A stretch of 64,000 nt of DNA from Bacteroidota bacterium (lineage in GTDB: Bacteria; Bacteroidota; Bacteroidia; AKYH767-A; OLB10). The stretch spans positions 754-64,753 of the forward strand of contig CANGJU010000002.1 in the NCBI GenBank assembly GCA_947453935.1, written 5' to 3'. Numbering within the stretch: position 1 is the first letter of the stretch; each line of letters starts with the position of its first letter. The position numbers and the translations under genes were made by a program. Positions 19,712 to 30,085 of this stretch are shown piece after piece. The notes below the pieces were generated by a model. The model saw only the letters and a program-made list of their open reading frames with translations, had not been told where the DNA came from and did not search any database.

Positions 19712-22183
19712 ATGAAAAAAACGCTATTCTTATCGCTCATCTTCATCGTAAATACGATGATTGCGAATGCTCAATCCATTAAAGGTTCTATTCTTGAGCA
19801 ACTCACAAAAACACCAGTAGCAGGCGCTATTGTTACGCTTAAATCGGATTCCAACGGGACAATGCTTTCTGCATGTATAACAAATGATTTTGGAAAGTAC
19901 TCGCTACCAGCAAAAATTTCAAAAGGTTATTTAGAAGTAAAATGTATAGGGTATAAAACCATTAATTATGCTTTCGATTTAGCATCTAATCCAAACCCAA
20001 TTATATTACTTCCATATAGTCCTTATACAATGAGCGACGTGGTGATTAATGCTTACTGGCTTAAAAAATATTCTCCAATAACGCACACCACTGTTACGAA
20101 AGAAGAACTTCAAAAAACAAATCTCGGGCAAGATGTACCTTATGTGATTCAAGATTTGCCATCGGTAGTTGTTACGAGTGATGCAGGAACAGGTATTGGA
20201 TATACAGGAATTCGTATTCGTGGTAGTGATCCAACAAGAATTAATGTATCAGTAAACGGAATTCCAATTAACGATGCCGAATCACAAGGAATGTATTGGG
20301 TAGATATGCCAGACATTGTTTCATCTACTGAAAATATTCAAGTTCAACGAGGAGTTGGCTCAAGTGTAAATGGTGCAGGATCATTTGGTGGAGGTATTAA
20401 TTTAACGAGCAAAAGTTTATCGACGACTCCTTTTGCAAAAAGTGAATGCTCGGTTGGTTCATTTAATACATTAAAGAATAATATTTCCTTTGGAACAGGT
20501 TCTTTAAAGGAGGATTTCGCTTTTGAAGGTCGTATATCAAGAATAAAAAGCGATGGATACATTGACCGTGGAAGCTCTGATCTAAAATCATTTTTCGTTT
20601 CAGGTTCTTACAATAGTCATCATTTATATTCACGTGTTAATATTTTTTCTGGAAAAGAAATTACTTATCAAAGCTGGAATGGAGTTCCTGAGTCAAGAAT
20701 TAATGGAGATGTGAATGCGATGAATGATTATATCATTCGCAATGGATTAGATGAAGAAGAAGCAAACAATCTTTTGAATAGTGGCAGAAATTATAACTAC
20801 TTCACCTATGCCAATCAGGTAGACAATTACCAGCAAGATCATTATCAATTTTTAAATACTATACGATTTAATTATAAAACTTCTTTAGATATCAATCTTC
20901 ACTACACAAGAGGTAAAGGATTTTATGAGGAGTATCAAAAAGATCAGTCCCTATCGAACTATGGCATCGCTGATATTTATTTAAATGCTGATACGATTAC
21001 TTCTTCCAATCTTATTCGTCAGAAATGGCTCGACAATGATTTTTATGGTACAACTTATAATTTTAGAAGAGTGATTTCAGAAAATGCAAAGGTGACTATC
21101 GGTGGTGGATGGAATAATTATATCGGAGGTCACTTCGGTACTGTTATTTGGGCGCAATATGCCGGAAATTCAGAAATCAATCAGAAGTACTATAACAACT
21201 CTGCACGTAAAAGCGACTGGAATAATTTTGTTCGATTAGAGAACTTTTTCCTTGATAGTAAAATCAACACCTACCTCGATTTACAAGTTAGAAATGTAAA
21301 TTATTACTTCACAGGATTAAATGACGATGGTACTACGAAACCTGATAATGCCAGCTTATTGTTCTTTAATCCGAAAGCAGGAATTGCCTATACTATTAAC
21401 TCGAAGAATAATGTATTTGTGAGTTTCGGTATGACCAATCAGGAACCTAACCGTGACGACTATACGCAATCAACCACTAAGAGCCGTCTGCAATCGGAGC
21501 AGTTAACAGATATTGAGTTAAATTATAAATACACAGACAAACATTTCTATAGCCAGGTAACTTTTTACAATATGAGTTACAGCGATCAATTAGTATTAAC
21601 GGGGGCAGTTAATGATGTTGGAAATTATACGCGCAGCAATGCCGCAGAAAGTTATCGTCGTGGAGTCGAGCTTCAAACTAAATGGATGCCTAATGATAAA
21701 GTTAATGTAGGAATGAATCTTACACTCAGTGAAAACAAAATAAAAGAGTTTGTAGAATACACGGATGAATACGATGCGGATTATAATTATGCTGGGCAAT
21801 CGAAGATTGTATTCAACAACACCAACATTGCTTTCTCCCCTGCTGTAATTGGAAATATCAATTTCACTTATCAGTTCAATGAGCATTTATCTGCATCAGT
21901 AATTGAGCGCTATATCGACAAACAATACCTTGATAACACTTCCAACGAAAGTCGTATGATTAAGACTTACATGGTAACCGATGCTCGCTTAAGTTATAAG
22001 CGTTCAACGAGCTGGTGTAAAGAAATTGCCTTTAATGTATTGCTAAACAATATTGGAAGTTCAATGTATTCATCTAACGGTTACACCTATGGGTACAATG
22101 TAGCTGGAAGTCGTAAGCAGGAAAATTTCTTCTATCCGCAAGCGCCATTCAACGCCTTAGGTCAAATTAGTCTGACGTTTTAG
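19712..22183 (+). CDS. TonB-dependent receptor with CarboxypepD_reg-like N-domain (likely thiamine-related uptake, given the riboswitch)
   Basis: 823 aa with a signal peptide and a plug domain (GIRIRGS, INGIPINDAESQG). The barrel ends in ...ISLTF. Confidence 0.9.
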   Translation: MKKTLFLSLIFIVNTMIANAQSIKGSILEQLTKTPVAGAIVTLKSDSNGTMLSACITNDFGKYSLPAKISKGYLEVKCIGYKTINYAFDLASNPNPIILLPYSPYTMSDVVINAYWLKKYSPITHTTVTKEELQKTNLGQDVPYVIQDLPSVVVTSDAGTGIGYTGIRIRGSDPTRINVSVNGIPINDAESQGMYWVDMPDIVSSTENIQVQRGVGSSVNGAGSFGGGINLTSKSLSTTPFAKSECSVGSFNTLKNNISFGTGSLKEDFAFEGRISRIKSDGYIDRGSSDLKSFFVSGSYNSHHLYSRVNIFSGKEITYQSWNGVPESRINGDVNAMNDYIIRNGLDEEEANNLLNSGRNYNYFTYANQVDNYQQDHYQFLNTIRFNYKTSLDINLHYTRGKGFYEEYQKDQSLSNYGIADIYLNADTITSSNLIRQKWLDNDFYGTTYNFRRVISENAKVTIGGGWNNYIGGHFGTVIWAQYAGNSEINQKYYNNSARKSDWNNFVRLENFFLDSKINTYLDLQVRNVNYYFTGLNDDGTTKPDNASLLFFNPKAGIAYTINSKNNVFVSFGMTNQEPNRDDYTQSTTKSRLQSEQLTDIELNYKYTDKHFYSQVTFYNMSYSDQLVLTGAVNDVGNYTRSNAAESYRRGVELQTKWMPNDKVNVGMNLTLSENKIKEFVEYTDEYDADYNYAGQSKIVFNNTNIAFSPAVIGNINFTYQFNEHLSASVIERYIDKQYLDNTSNESRMIKTYMVTDARLSYKRSTSWCKEIAFNVLLNNIGSSMYSSNGYTYGYNVAGSRKQENFFYPQAPFNALGQISLTF

Positions 22184-22961
22184 AAGACTTTATTGCCTGA
22201 GCTAAAATCACAAATTGCTCCCACGATAAAGCTTCGGCACGCAGATTTAAAAAAGGAATTGAACTAATATCTTCCGGTAACAAAGGGCGCAAAGCATTTC
22301 GTAGTGTTTTGCGTCTTTGATTAAATCCGGTTTTTACAATCATCTTGAAGTAAGATTCTTCAATCCCTAATTCCTGACGATCGTTACGAATCATGCGTAA
22401 CACGCCTGATTTTACTTTAGGCGGTGGATTAAATTTATTTTCATCGACAGAAAACAAATATTCTATTTCATACCAGGGTTGTAATAGTACGCTTAAAATA
22501 CCATAGTCTTTATTACCAGGACCAGAAGCAATGCGTTTAGCAACTTCCTTCTGAAACATACCGACCATAGCAGGGATATGTTCTTTATTTTCGAGTACGG
22601 CAAATAGAATTTGCGTTGAAATATTGTAAGGGAAATTTCCAACTAAATAAAAAGGCTGTGGAAAAATAGTTTTTAGATTTAGCTGCAAAAAATCACCTTG
22701 TATAATTTTATCTTTAAAAGTTGGATAATGCTGTTCAAGATAAATAACGCTCTCTTTATCCAATTCAACAGCACTTAGATTTAAATCATTCCGTTCTAAT
22801 AAAAACTTAGTAAGCACACCCATTCCCGGACCTATCTCCAACGCATCTACCCTATTTTCATTCTTCGGTAAGGCATCAGCGATAGCAGCAGCAATTGAAT
22901 CATCATTCAAAAAATGCTGACCAAAACTTTTCTTGGCTTTTACCGAATCGTATTGCGCCAT
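22167..22961 (-). CDS. rsmA: 16S rRNA (adenine1518/1519-N6)-dimethyltransferase RsmA/KsgA
   Basis: 264 aa. KKSFGQHFL, EIGPGMG and NFPYNIST motifs. Confidence 0.9.
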   Translation of the reverse strand: MAQYDSVKAKKSFGQHFLNDDSIAAAIADALPKNENRVDALEIGPGMGVLTKFLLERNDLNLSAVELDKESVIYLEQHYPTFKDKIIQGDFLQLNLKTIFPQPFYLVGNFPYNISTQILFAVLENKEHIPAMVGMFQKEVAKRIASGPGNKDYGILSVLLQPWYEIEYLFSVDENKFNPPPKVKSGVLRMIRNDRQELGIEESYFKMIVKTGFNQRRKTLRNALRPLLPEDISSIPFLNLRAEALSWEQFVILAQAIKSSKTSD

Positions 22962-23266
22962 TATTTAATAACTTCTAACAATGTGCGAAATGCGACAAAC
23001 TTTCCAGCGAACTTTTGCATAGCATCAGCTTGTAATGCTGGAGCGAACTCATCCTTATAGCGTTCATACATGGCCATGTTATGAGCACGATATTGAATCG
23101 CATAGGTAATCCCTCCCGACTTTTCATCGCCCACCAAACGTAAAATAGAATAACTCTCAAACATACCTGTATTTAACACATCAGGAATATGTGCATCTAT
23201 CATCCAACTCAACCAGTCTTCAGCAACGTCATGATCAACGTTCACAGTAACATTGTAAATAATCAT
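22961..23266 (-). CDS. DUF4286-like small protein
   Basis: 101 aa. MIIYNVTVNVDHDVAEDWLSWM... resembles the DUF4286 family as I recall it. Abuts the rsmA start. Confidence 0.55.
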   Translation of the reverse strand: MIIYNVTVNVDHDVAEDWLSWMIDAHIPDVLNTGMFESYSILRLVGDEKSGGITYAIQYRAHNMAMYERYKDEFAPALQADAMQKFAGKFVAFRTLLEVIK

Positions 23267-23302
23267 AAGTAAATTATTGTTGGGTAAAGGTAGAAAATAG
23301 TT

Positions 23303-25120
23303 TTAGAGTTTATCGCCTCTTAAACTACGAAAATGCTTTCGTGCATCAACTACAAACAAACTGCCTGGGTATTTCGATAAAAATGATTCGAATAGCGACT
23401 TTGCTTTTTCCTTGTCATTGAGTTGATCTTCATATAAACAAGCCAATTGATACATTGCATCATCACCTAAAACATCATCCGGGAATTTATCCACTATCTC
23501 TTGCATAAGCGTAGCAGCCATTAAATAGTTTCCCTGCATTTTATAGATACCTGATTTCTTATATAGCACTTCATCCGTTAAAGAATGATCAGGAAAATCT
23601 TTTAATAAGGAATCTAATGTGATCAATGCTAAACTATCTTTATTTTGAAAATCGAGTAAGTCGGCACGCGAATACATCAACAGCGCATCAGTTGTTGTAT
23701 CCATGTTCGTGTTATCGGTAATTATTAATCCAAGTTGCAATGCATCATTCGATATTAGCTGACTAGTTGCAGCCTTTAAAACTTTCAATTGGTCTTTCGC
23801 CCAATCAAATTCACCGAGGTAATACGACAAACGTGCGTTTCTAAATTTCGCTTCTCGACCAATGGCATCATTCTTAAAATCTTTATCAACTTGTCCGTAT
23901 AACAAAGCTGCATCCCAAACTTGTCCATCAAACACATAAATATCACCCAGCTCTAATTTGCAATCCGCTTGAAACTGTCGACTTACATTAGGTAATTCTA
24001 ACACCTCTTCAAGTAAGGTAATGGCTCCTTGCGTATCGTGAATATAAAACGCTTTCAGATGAGCATAGCTTTGAATTAATGAAGCTGTAGCAGCAGACTT
24101 TCCTAAATCAGCAATAGCAGTCTGATAATCTAAATCGAGCTTTGATAATTCAGCTTGCGTAAATCCACCGTTAGTAATGATTTTATTGTTCACAGAATTA
24201 ATCAATTCAATTCGCGCATTGATATAATTCATGCTTTCCTTACCTTTTTCCAAGACAGCCTGAAAACAATTAATCGCGGTTTCATATTCGCCGTTACTCG
24301 CACACGCACGACCTAAAACAATCAAACGATCGCCATCTTCGCCTAAACGCTTATCTAACGACTTCGCCTGAATAAAAGCAGATTCAAAATCTTTTTCCTG
24401 TAGGAAGAGCCAATACAACAACTCACTGAATGTTGATGAATTAGGATTCTTCTGAATTTTTCGCAATAAAATCTGACGTAGCTGATCAGCAAGATTACCG
24501 CTTAAATCGTTAATGATTTTAGATTGCAACAACGTTTGAACGCTTGGCATATAAGCAGCATTAAACTCAATTGCATCAATGTACTCCGTTAACATTTCTG
24601 CTGCCTTTCCATCTTGCGCATAAGCATCTGCCAGCTCAAATGAAAATGGATACGTGCCTTTTAAAATTTTTCTTCCTTGTAAATAAGTTTGCTGCGTGAA
24701 CTTAAAGAGTTGCCGTTGATTAAATGCATTACCCGTTTGAATAATCTGATTTACATCGGCAGGAAGATTTTTAATTACATCGCCATAAGCTTTATCGGCT
24801 TTGGTGCTATCTCCCATCAATTCATATAAAGAACCTAGCTCAATTCGTAAGCCGGCATCGCCTGGAAATTTCTTTTGTTGCTTTTTAATTAGCTTTTCTG
24901 CACCTTCAAAATCTTTTAATTCCTGAAAGCACTTTAGATAATTACCAAAAGCGCCATAAGGATCTTGCTGATAATATTTCTCGTAGTAAACAATGGCTTT
25001 ATCAAACTCGCCGGTATTAAAATACTGATTTGCCAATTCGGCATTTGATTGCTGCGCGAATACAGAATTAGTTCCTGCAACAAGAAAAACAAAAAGGAGT
25101 ATTTTAATTTTTTTCAGCAT
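23303..25120 (-). CDS. Tetratricopeptide-repeat protein, secreted/periplasmic
   Basis: 605 aa with a signal peptide (VFAQQ) and many TPR-like A/Y/L repeats. Confidence 0.7.
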   Translation of the reverse strand: MLKKIKILLFVFLVAGTNSVFAQQSNAELANQYFNTGEFDKAIVYYEKYYQQDPYGAFGNYLKCFQELKDFEGAEKLIKKQQKKFPGDAGLRIELGSLYELMGDSTKADKAYGDVIKNLPADVNQIIQTGNAFNQRQLFKFTQQTYLQGRKILKGTYPFSFELADAYAQDGKAAEMLTEYIDAIEFNAAYMPSVQTLLQSKIINDLSGNLADQLRQILLRKIQKNPNSSTFSELLYWLFLQEKDFESAFIQAKSLDKRLGEDGDRLIVLGRACASNGEYETAINCFQAVLEKGKESMNYINARIELINSVNNKIITNGGFTQAELSKLDLDYQTAIADLGKSAATASLIQSYAHLKAFYIHDTQGAITLLEEVLELPNVSRQFQADCKLELGDIYVFDGQVWDAALLYGQVDKDFKNDAIGREAKFRNARLSYYLGEFDWAKDQLKVLKAATSQLISNDALQLGLIITDNTNMDTTTDALLMYSRADLLDFQNKDSLALITLDSLLKDFPDHSLTDEVLYKKSGIYKMQGNYLMAATLMQEIVDKFPDDVLGDDAMYQLACLYEDQLNDKEKAKSLFESFLSKYPGSLFVVDARKHFRSLRGDKL

Positions 25121-26394
25121 TATTTAATCCATTCAAAACCTGTGTAAGGTACTAATGCCTTCGGAATTTTAATTCCCTCTGGCGTTTGATTATTCTCCAA
25201 CATAGCAGCTACTATACGAGGTAACGCTAACGCACTACCGTTTAGTGTATGTGCCAATTGAGGTTTATTACTTCCTTCGCGATAACGTAGTTTTAATCGG
25301 TTCGACTGGAACGTTTCAAAGTTAGATACAGAACTCACCTCTAACCAGCGCTGTTGTGCCGCCGACCATACTTCCATATCATATGTTAATGCAGAAGCAA
25401 AGCTCATATCACCACCGCATAAACGCAATGTACGGAAAGGCAATTCTAACTCGTGTAATAAGCCTGCTACATATTCTCTCATCTCTTCTAAAATTGCATA
25501 ACTCGTATCAGGATGTGCCACTTGAACAATCTCTACTTTATCGAACTGATGCAAACGATTTAATCCTCGTACATGCGCACCGTAAGAGCCCGCCTCACGA
25601 CGAAAACAAGGAGTATAAGCAGTATATTTAATTGGCAACGATTCAGCCTTTACAATTTCATCTCTAAAAATATTTGTCACTGGCACTTCAGCAGTAGGAA
25701 TCAGATAAAACCCATCGACAGTTACATGATACATCTGTCCTTCTTTATCTGGCAACTGACCCGTACCATAACCTGAATCGGCATTGATTAAGATTGGTGG
25801 CTGCACTTCATAGTATCCTGCTTTCTCTGCACGATCTAAAAAGAAATTAATCAATGCACGTTGCAATTTTGCTCCTTGTCCTTTGTAAACCGGAAAACCT
25901 GCACCCGTAATTTTATTCCCTAGCTCGAAATCGATGATATCATATTTTGTTGTTAACTCCCAATGCGGAACAGCAGAATCTGGTAATGTAGGTAATGATT
26001 CAGTACTCTGATAAACCACTTCATTTTCCTCTGGCGTTTTTCCAGCAGGAACAGAAGCATGAGGCATATTTGGAAGACTAACTAAAATATCATTAATAGC
26101 GGTTTCCGCTTGAGCTACTTCTTCCTCTAACACCTTACTGCGCTCTTTAAGTTGAGTGCTTTTCGCTTTTAACTCTTCTGCTCCGTCTTTATTGCCTGAC
26201 TTAAATAGCTCTCCTATTTGCTTCGCGATATTATTTTGCTCAGCAAGTAATCCTTCTAACTCTGTTTGTTTTTTTCTTTTCTCCACATCCAATGAAAGAA
26301 CCTGATCGAGCGTTGAAGAAGCATCGATATTTTTAATGGCCAATCGTTCTAATACAAACTCTTTCTTTTCACGAATAACGTTCAGTTGCAACAT
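25120..26394 (-). CDS. serS: Seryl-tRNA synthetase
   Basis: 424 aa. N-terminal coiled coil followed by a class II core (FRREAGS, GLNRLHQF, TLNGSALA). Confidence 0.95.
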   Translation of the reverse strand: MLQLNVIREKKEFVLERLAIKNIDASSTLDQVLSLDVEKRKKQTELEGLLAEQNNIAKQIGELFKSGNKDGAEELKAKSTQLKERSKVLEEEVAQAETAINDILVSLPNMPHASVPAGKTPEENEVVYQSTESLPTLPDSAVPHWELTTKYDIIDFELGNKITGAGFPVYKGQGAKLQRALINFFLDRAEKAGYYEVQPPILINADSGYGTGQLPDKEGQMYHVTVDGFYLIPTAEVPVTNIFRDEIVKAESLPIKYTAYTPCFRREAGSYGAHVRGLNRLHQFDKVEIVQVAHPDTSYAILEEMREYVAGLLHELELPFRTLRLCGGDMSFASALTYDMEVWSAAQQRWLEVSSVSNFETFQSNRLKLRYREGSNKPQLAHTLNGSALALPRIVAAMLENNQTPEGIKIPKALVPYTGFEWIK

Positions 26395-26502
26395 GACTTT
26401 TACAAATATTTTTTTAGTGCTACAAATGTAACCGATTTACATCTATTTTAGCAGCCGTAGTACGAAGCAAATGTAAAAACGTTTACCTTTAGCAATACGG
26501 AT

Positions 26503-26976
26503 ATGGAAGAATACAGAAAAAAATGCTGTTTGGCTCTAGTTCTCGATGAGAAACATGAGGACTCTTCTGTGGTTAAATCAGCTGCTGACCTTCCTTATCA
26601 CACTATCATTTACAATAAAAATGACTCTAGTGAAGGGCAATTACGTCTTACCGAAGGACCTATGCCTGAAGTGCTAAATACTGTTTTTGAAGATTGCTTT
26701 TCAAAGGGGTTCCGTAAGGTAGTTATTTTAAATCCGACCACTGAAATAAATCCTGCATTATTAGACGAAGCTTTTTTAAGTCTGAAACTGATAGAATGCT
26801 GCATCGGATTAAAAGATAATGGTGATTTTTATTTGATTGGCATGAATGATTTTCGTCCTGAGATACTTGCCTTTTTACCTCCTGAAGACGGAGCTGTCAG
26901 CAAAAAAATTATTCGTCGTATTGGGGATCAGAAATTAGCTTTGTATAAAACTCCGACTTTGAAGTCAGAACCGTAA
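26503..26976 (+). CDS. Hypothetical protein, weakly DUF2064-like (glycosyltransferase fold)
   Basis: 157 aa. VVILNPTTEINPALLDEAF...NGDFYLIGMN loosely resembles the DUF2064 core. No firm motif. Confidence 0.35.
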   Translation: MEEYRKKCCLALVLDEKHEDSSVVKSAADLPYHTIIYNKNDSSEGQLRLTEGPMPEVLNTVFEDCFSKGFRKVVILNPTTEINPALLDEAFLSLKLIECCIGLKDNGDFYLIGMNDFRPEILAFLPPEDGAVSKKIIRRIGDQKLALYKTPTLKSEP

Positions 26977-27507
26977 TATTTTAATTCGCGTTTGCAGAAA
27001 TATTAATTTAAAAGCCTCGATTTTTAATCTTAAAACCTATTTTTATTTGAATTTTATGAATGTTCTTTCTTTTGTCTTGACACAAAACGAAAGAACCAAA
27101 GAAAAAGTCAATCCCGATGGCTATCGGGAGCACTTTATTCTTTTGCGGTGCAAATTTTTTCCTTGATAAAATTACTACAAATTCAGTGATTTCCTCACAG
27201 GCTCGGAACTTCTAAATTTGTTTAACGCAATTTTACCATCGTCAAAAACCGAATAAACTGAGGCCGAATAATTTATCAGTTTGGGCATTATTTGGACAAA
27301 TGTCCGCCTTAAAAATATTGAGGATATAAGCTTCTGGAGAAAGTAGCGATCAGAAATAAGCGCTGTTTGCTTGTAGCGAGCGGAAGCCTCGGTAAGACCT
27401 GTATAAATTCATTAAAAAGTCGAGTTCGATTATTTTTACGTGGTTCATTGCATTCATTACTAATTTAAATCCGCGATGCACGAAAGTATCTCCTCAATTG
27501 GTCTACA

Positions 27508-27584
27508 GCGGTGGTATTTTTGCCTACTTTTTTTGTGGTGCCTGAGGTGACTCGAAGGCCAGAAAAAAGTAGGAGTTTCACCGC
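27508..27584. other. Three-tier imperfect hairpin (6 + 11 + 7 bp) with a GTGA (GNRA-type) apical loop
   Basis: Hand pairing: GCGGTG (27508-13) with CACCGC (27579-84). CCTACTTTTTT (27523-33) pairs with AAAAAAGTAGG (27563-73). GCCT-GAG (27540-46) pairs with CTC..AGGC (27551-59). Confidence 0.45.
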
Positions 27585-27721
27585 TCCCAATACCATGGGG
27601 GGACAGCAGCCCCACCCCGCAGTAAAATTATTTAATTGAAAACAATTAATCGGTTATTAAACGCTTATATCCATTTACAAACGTTTAATTCAAGCTACCC
27701 ACTAAATACCCAAATTTCCCT

Positions 27722-27729
27722 TACTTTTG
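27722..27729 (+). promoter_or_regulatory. Candidate -7 promoter box (TAnnTTTG) for the dehydrogenase gene
   Basis: TACTTTTG lies 26 nt upstream of the ATG at 27755. Confidence 0.3.
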
Positions 27730-27754
27730 CAGTTCAAAATACCAATAAGAAATC

Positions 27755-28966
27755 ATGTTAGACTTGCTAAAGAAATTTGAAGAAAAGAAACCAGAAATAA
27801 TTTTTGAGTGGAACGATGCATTAACCGAGGCTACCGGATGGGTTGTGATTAACTCACTACGCGGAGGTGCTGCAGGTGGTGGAACTCGTATGCGTAAAGG
27901 ACTTGACCGTCGTGAGGTGGAATCACTGGCTAAAACAATGGAGATTAAATTTACAGTGGCGGGTCCTGCTATTGGTGGTGCAAAGTCAGGAATCAACTTC
28001 GACCCTACCGACCCTCGCAAGCAAGATGTTTTAAAGAGATGGTATAAAGCTGTGCTTCCAATTTTAAAGCAGTATTACGGAACAGGCGGCGACTTATTTG
28101 TTGATGAAATTCATGAGGTAATTCCAATTACTGCCGATTTAGGTTTATTGCATCCGCAAGAAGGCGTTGTAACCGGACATTATGGTAGTTCTGCAAAAGA
28201 AGAACGCATTCAGAAATTACAAGAGGGCGTTAGCTTATTGGTAGATGATGAGAATTATGTCCCAACAGGAACTCAATACCGAATTGCAGATATGATCACG
28301 GGTTATGGAGTAGCTGAATCAGTGATTCATTATTACCGTCTGAAAAATGATTCTGTAGCTGGAAAGAAAGTGCTAATTCAAGGATGGGGAAATGTTGGAG
28401 CTGCTGCAGGATTTTATTTAACACAGCAAGGAGCAAAGGTTGTTGGTATTATTGATCGTAATGGCGGACTTACTAACAGTAACGGCTTTACGCAAAAAGA
28501 AATTGATCATTTATTCAATACCAGAGTTTCAAACATGTTTGATGGTTTTACTAAAGATGAGAACATCAATACTAATTTCTGGAATGAGCCTGCTGATATT
28601 TTTATCCCGGCTGCCGCATCGCGATTGGTTACTAAGGAAGAAGTGATGAGCATGCATAAAAACGGATTGCAAGTCATTGCATGTGGAGCCAATGTTCCTT
28701 TTGCAGATTCAGAAATTTTCATGGGCCCTATTGGACAATATACAGATGAAACGCTGAGCGTAATTCCTGACTTCCTATCCAATTGCGGAATGGCGAGAGT
28801 GTTTGCTTATTTGATGAGTAATCCGAATGATATTAGTGCAGGTGCTATCTTCAAAGATGTAGCTGCAACGATTCAAAAAGGGTTAGAAGCCATTCGCGAG
28901 ATAAATAAAGGCGACACACATATAACGGCTAGCGGATACGAAATTGCATTAAAACAATTAGTTTAA
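27755..28966 (+). CDS. Glu/Leu/Phe/Val dehydrogenase family protein
   Basis: 403 aa. Catalytic-region pattern GGAAGGGTRM...GGAKSGI and Rossmann motif QGWGNVGAAAG. Confidence 0.85.
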   Translation: MLDLLKKFEEKKPEIIFEWNDALTEATGWVVINSLRGGAAGGGTRMRKGLDRREVESLAKTMEIKFTVAGPAIGGAKSGINFDPTDPRKQDVLKRWYKAVLPILKQYYGTGGDLFVDEIHEVIPITADLGLLHPQEGVVTGHYGSSAKEERIQKLQEGVSLLVDDENYVPTGTQYRIADMITGYGVAESVIHYYRLKNDSVAGKKVLIQGWGNVGAAAGFYLTQQGAKVVGIIDRNGGLTNSNGFTQKEIDHLFNTRVSNMFDGFTKDENINTNFWNEPADIFIPAAASRLVTKEEVMSMHKNGLQVIACGANVPFADSEIFMGPIGQYTDETLSVIPDFLSNCGMARVFAYLMSNPNDISAGAIFKDVAATIQKGLEAIREINKGDTHITASGYEIALKQLV

Positions 28967-28981
28967 TAAAATCATCATTGT

Positions 28982-30079
28982 ATGAATACCGACTGGATAC
29001 ATCAATCGTTTTTAGATAACAACATGGATCATTGGCTGATTGCCTTTGGGATTATTGTTGGAGGATTAATTCTAAAACGATTTGTATCGCATCAGTTATC
29101 GGGATTTTTATATCGCTTTATTAAGCGACAAGCGGAAGGTGTTCAGGTGAATGAATTGCGTGCCTTACTACGTAAGCCTATTGGATTTTTCATTTTAGTT
29201 GTGTCATTGTATCTGGCAGCAATGCAATTGCATTTCCCTGGTGAATGGCATTTGACATCGAAAGAAGAATTCGGAATTTTATTTGTCATTAATAAAGTAT
29301 TCTTGATGGCATTGTTCTATTCCATTACTTGGATACTCTTACGTCTCGTAGATTTCTTTGCCTTGATTCTACAACAACGCGCATTAGCCACTGAAACGAT
29401 GGTCGATGATCAGCTCGTTCCATTCATCAAAGAATCGTTGAAGTTTGTGGTGATGATTGTTAGTTTCTTCGTGATGTTGGGTGCGGTGTTTCATGTAAAT
29501 GTTGCTTCGTTAATTGCAGGATTAGGAATTGGAGGATTGGCGTTAGCGTTAGCAGCAAAAGACACCTTAGAGAATTTACTCGGAAGCTTTACCATCTTTT
29601 TGGATAAGCCATTTACGCTAGGTGACATTGTTAAAGTTGGTAATGTGCAAGGTAAGATTGAAAAAATCGGATTTCGTTCTACGTTAATTCGAACGATGGA
29701 AAAAACCTTAATCAAGGTTCCCAATAAACGTATGATTGATGCTGATCTGGAAAATATTAGTCTTCGTGATATGATTCGTGCAAGTTTTCATCTCACTTTA
29801 AAAATGCATACTACCCGTGCGCAAATTGAGAACTTCATGAAAGAAGGCACAGCTATTTTACAAAAGCATAAAGAAGTCGCACACGACCCAGAGCCATTTA
29901 TTCGTTTAGATAAAATCACAGATATTGGCTTTGACTTACAGGTTCAGTTTTTCATTAACACTACAGATGCCGACTTCTTTCAAATAGAACGACAAGACAT
30001 TTTATTATCACTCATTGAACTTGCACATCAACACGACATCCGTTTTGATGCACGTTTGCAAGACACAGCTATTAAATAA
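28982..30079 (+). CDS. Mechanosensitive ion channel (MscS family)
   Basis: 365 aa. N-terminal TM helices and the MscS core (LAAKDTLENLLGS...FTLGDIVKVGNVQGKIEKIGFRSTLIRT). Confidence 0.85.
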   Translation: MNTDWIHQSFLDNNMDHWLIAFGIIVGGLILKRFVSHQLSGFLYRFIKRQAEGVQVNELRALLRKPIGFFILVVSLYLAAMQLHFPGEWHLTSKEEFGILFVINKVFLMALFYSITWILLRLVDFFALILQQRALATETMVDDQLVPFIKESLKFVVMIVSFFVMLGAVFHVNVASLIAGLGIGGLALALAAKDTLENLLGSFTIFLDKPFTLGDIVKVGNVQGKIEKIGFRSTLIRTMEKTLIKVPNKRMIDADLENISLRDMIRASFHLTLKMHTTRAQIENFMKEGTAILQKHKEVAHDPEPFIRLDKITDIGFDLQVQFFINTTDADFFQIERQDILLSLIELAHQHDIRFDARLQDTAIK

Positions 30080-30085
30080 AACATC

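Noticed and set aside
27330-27400. CTGGAGAAAG ... GAAGCCTCGG, superficially glycine-riboswitch-like, upstream of an amino-acid dehydrogenase
   Set aside because: It lacks the conserved ACCGAAGGGGCAA / CTCAGGCAAAAGGAC cores and a tandem aptamer layout. The distance to the gene (about 400 nt) is also atypical.
27415-27440. GTTCGATT word resembling a tRNA T-loop
   Set aside because: The flanks cannot form a T-stem, acceptor stem or anticodon arm. I found no tRNA-like cloverleaf anywhere in the 27-kb gap.
27721-28020. 99-aa minus-strand ORF spanning the dehydrogenase start
   Set aside because: It is antisense to the conserved GGAAGGGTRM region of the Glu/Leu/Phe/Val dehydrogenase. Its Pro/Ala/Ser-rich translation has no features.
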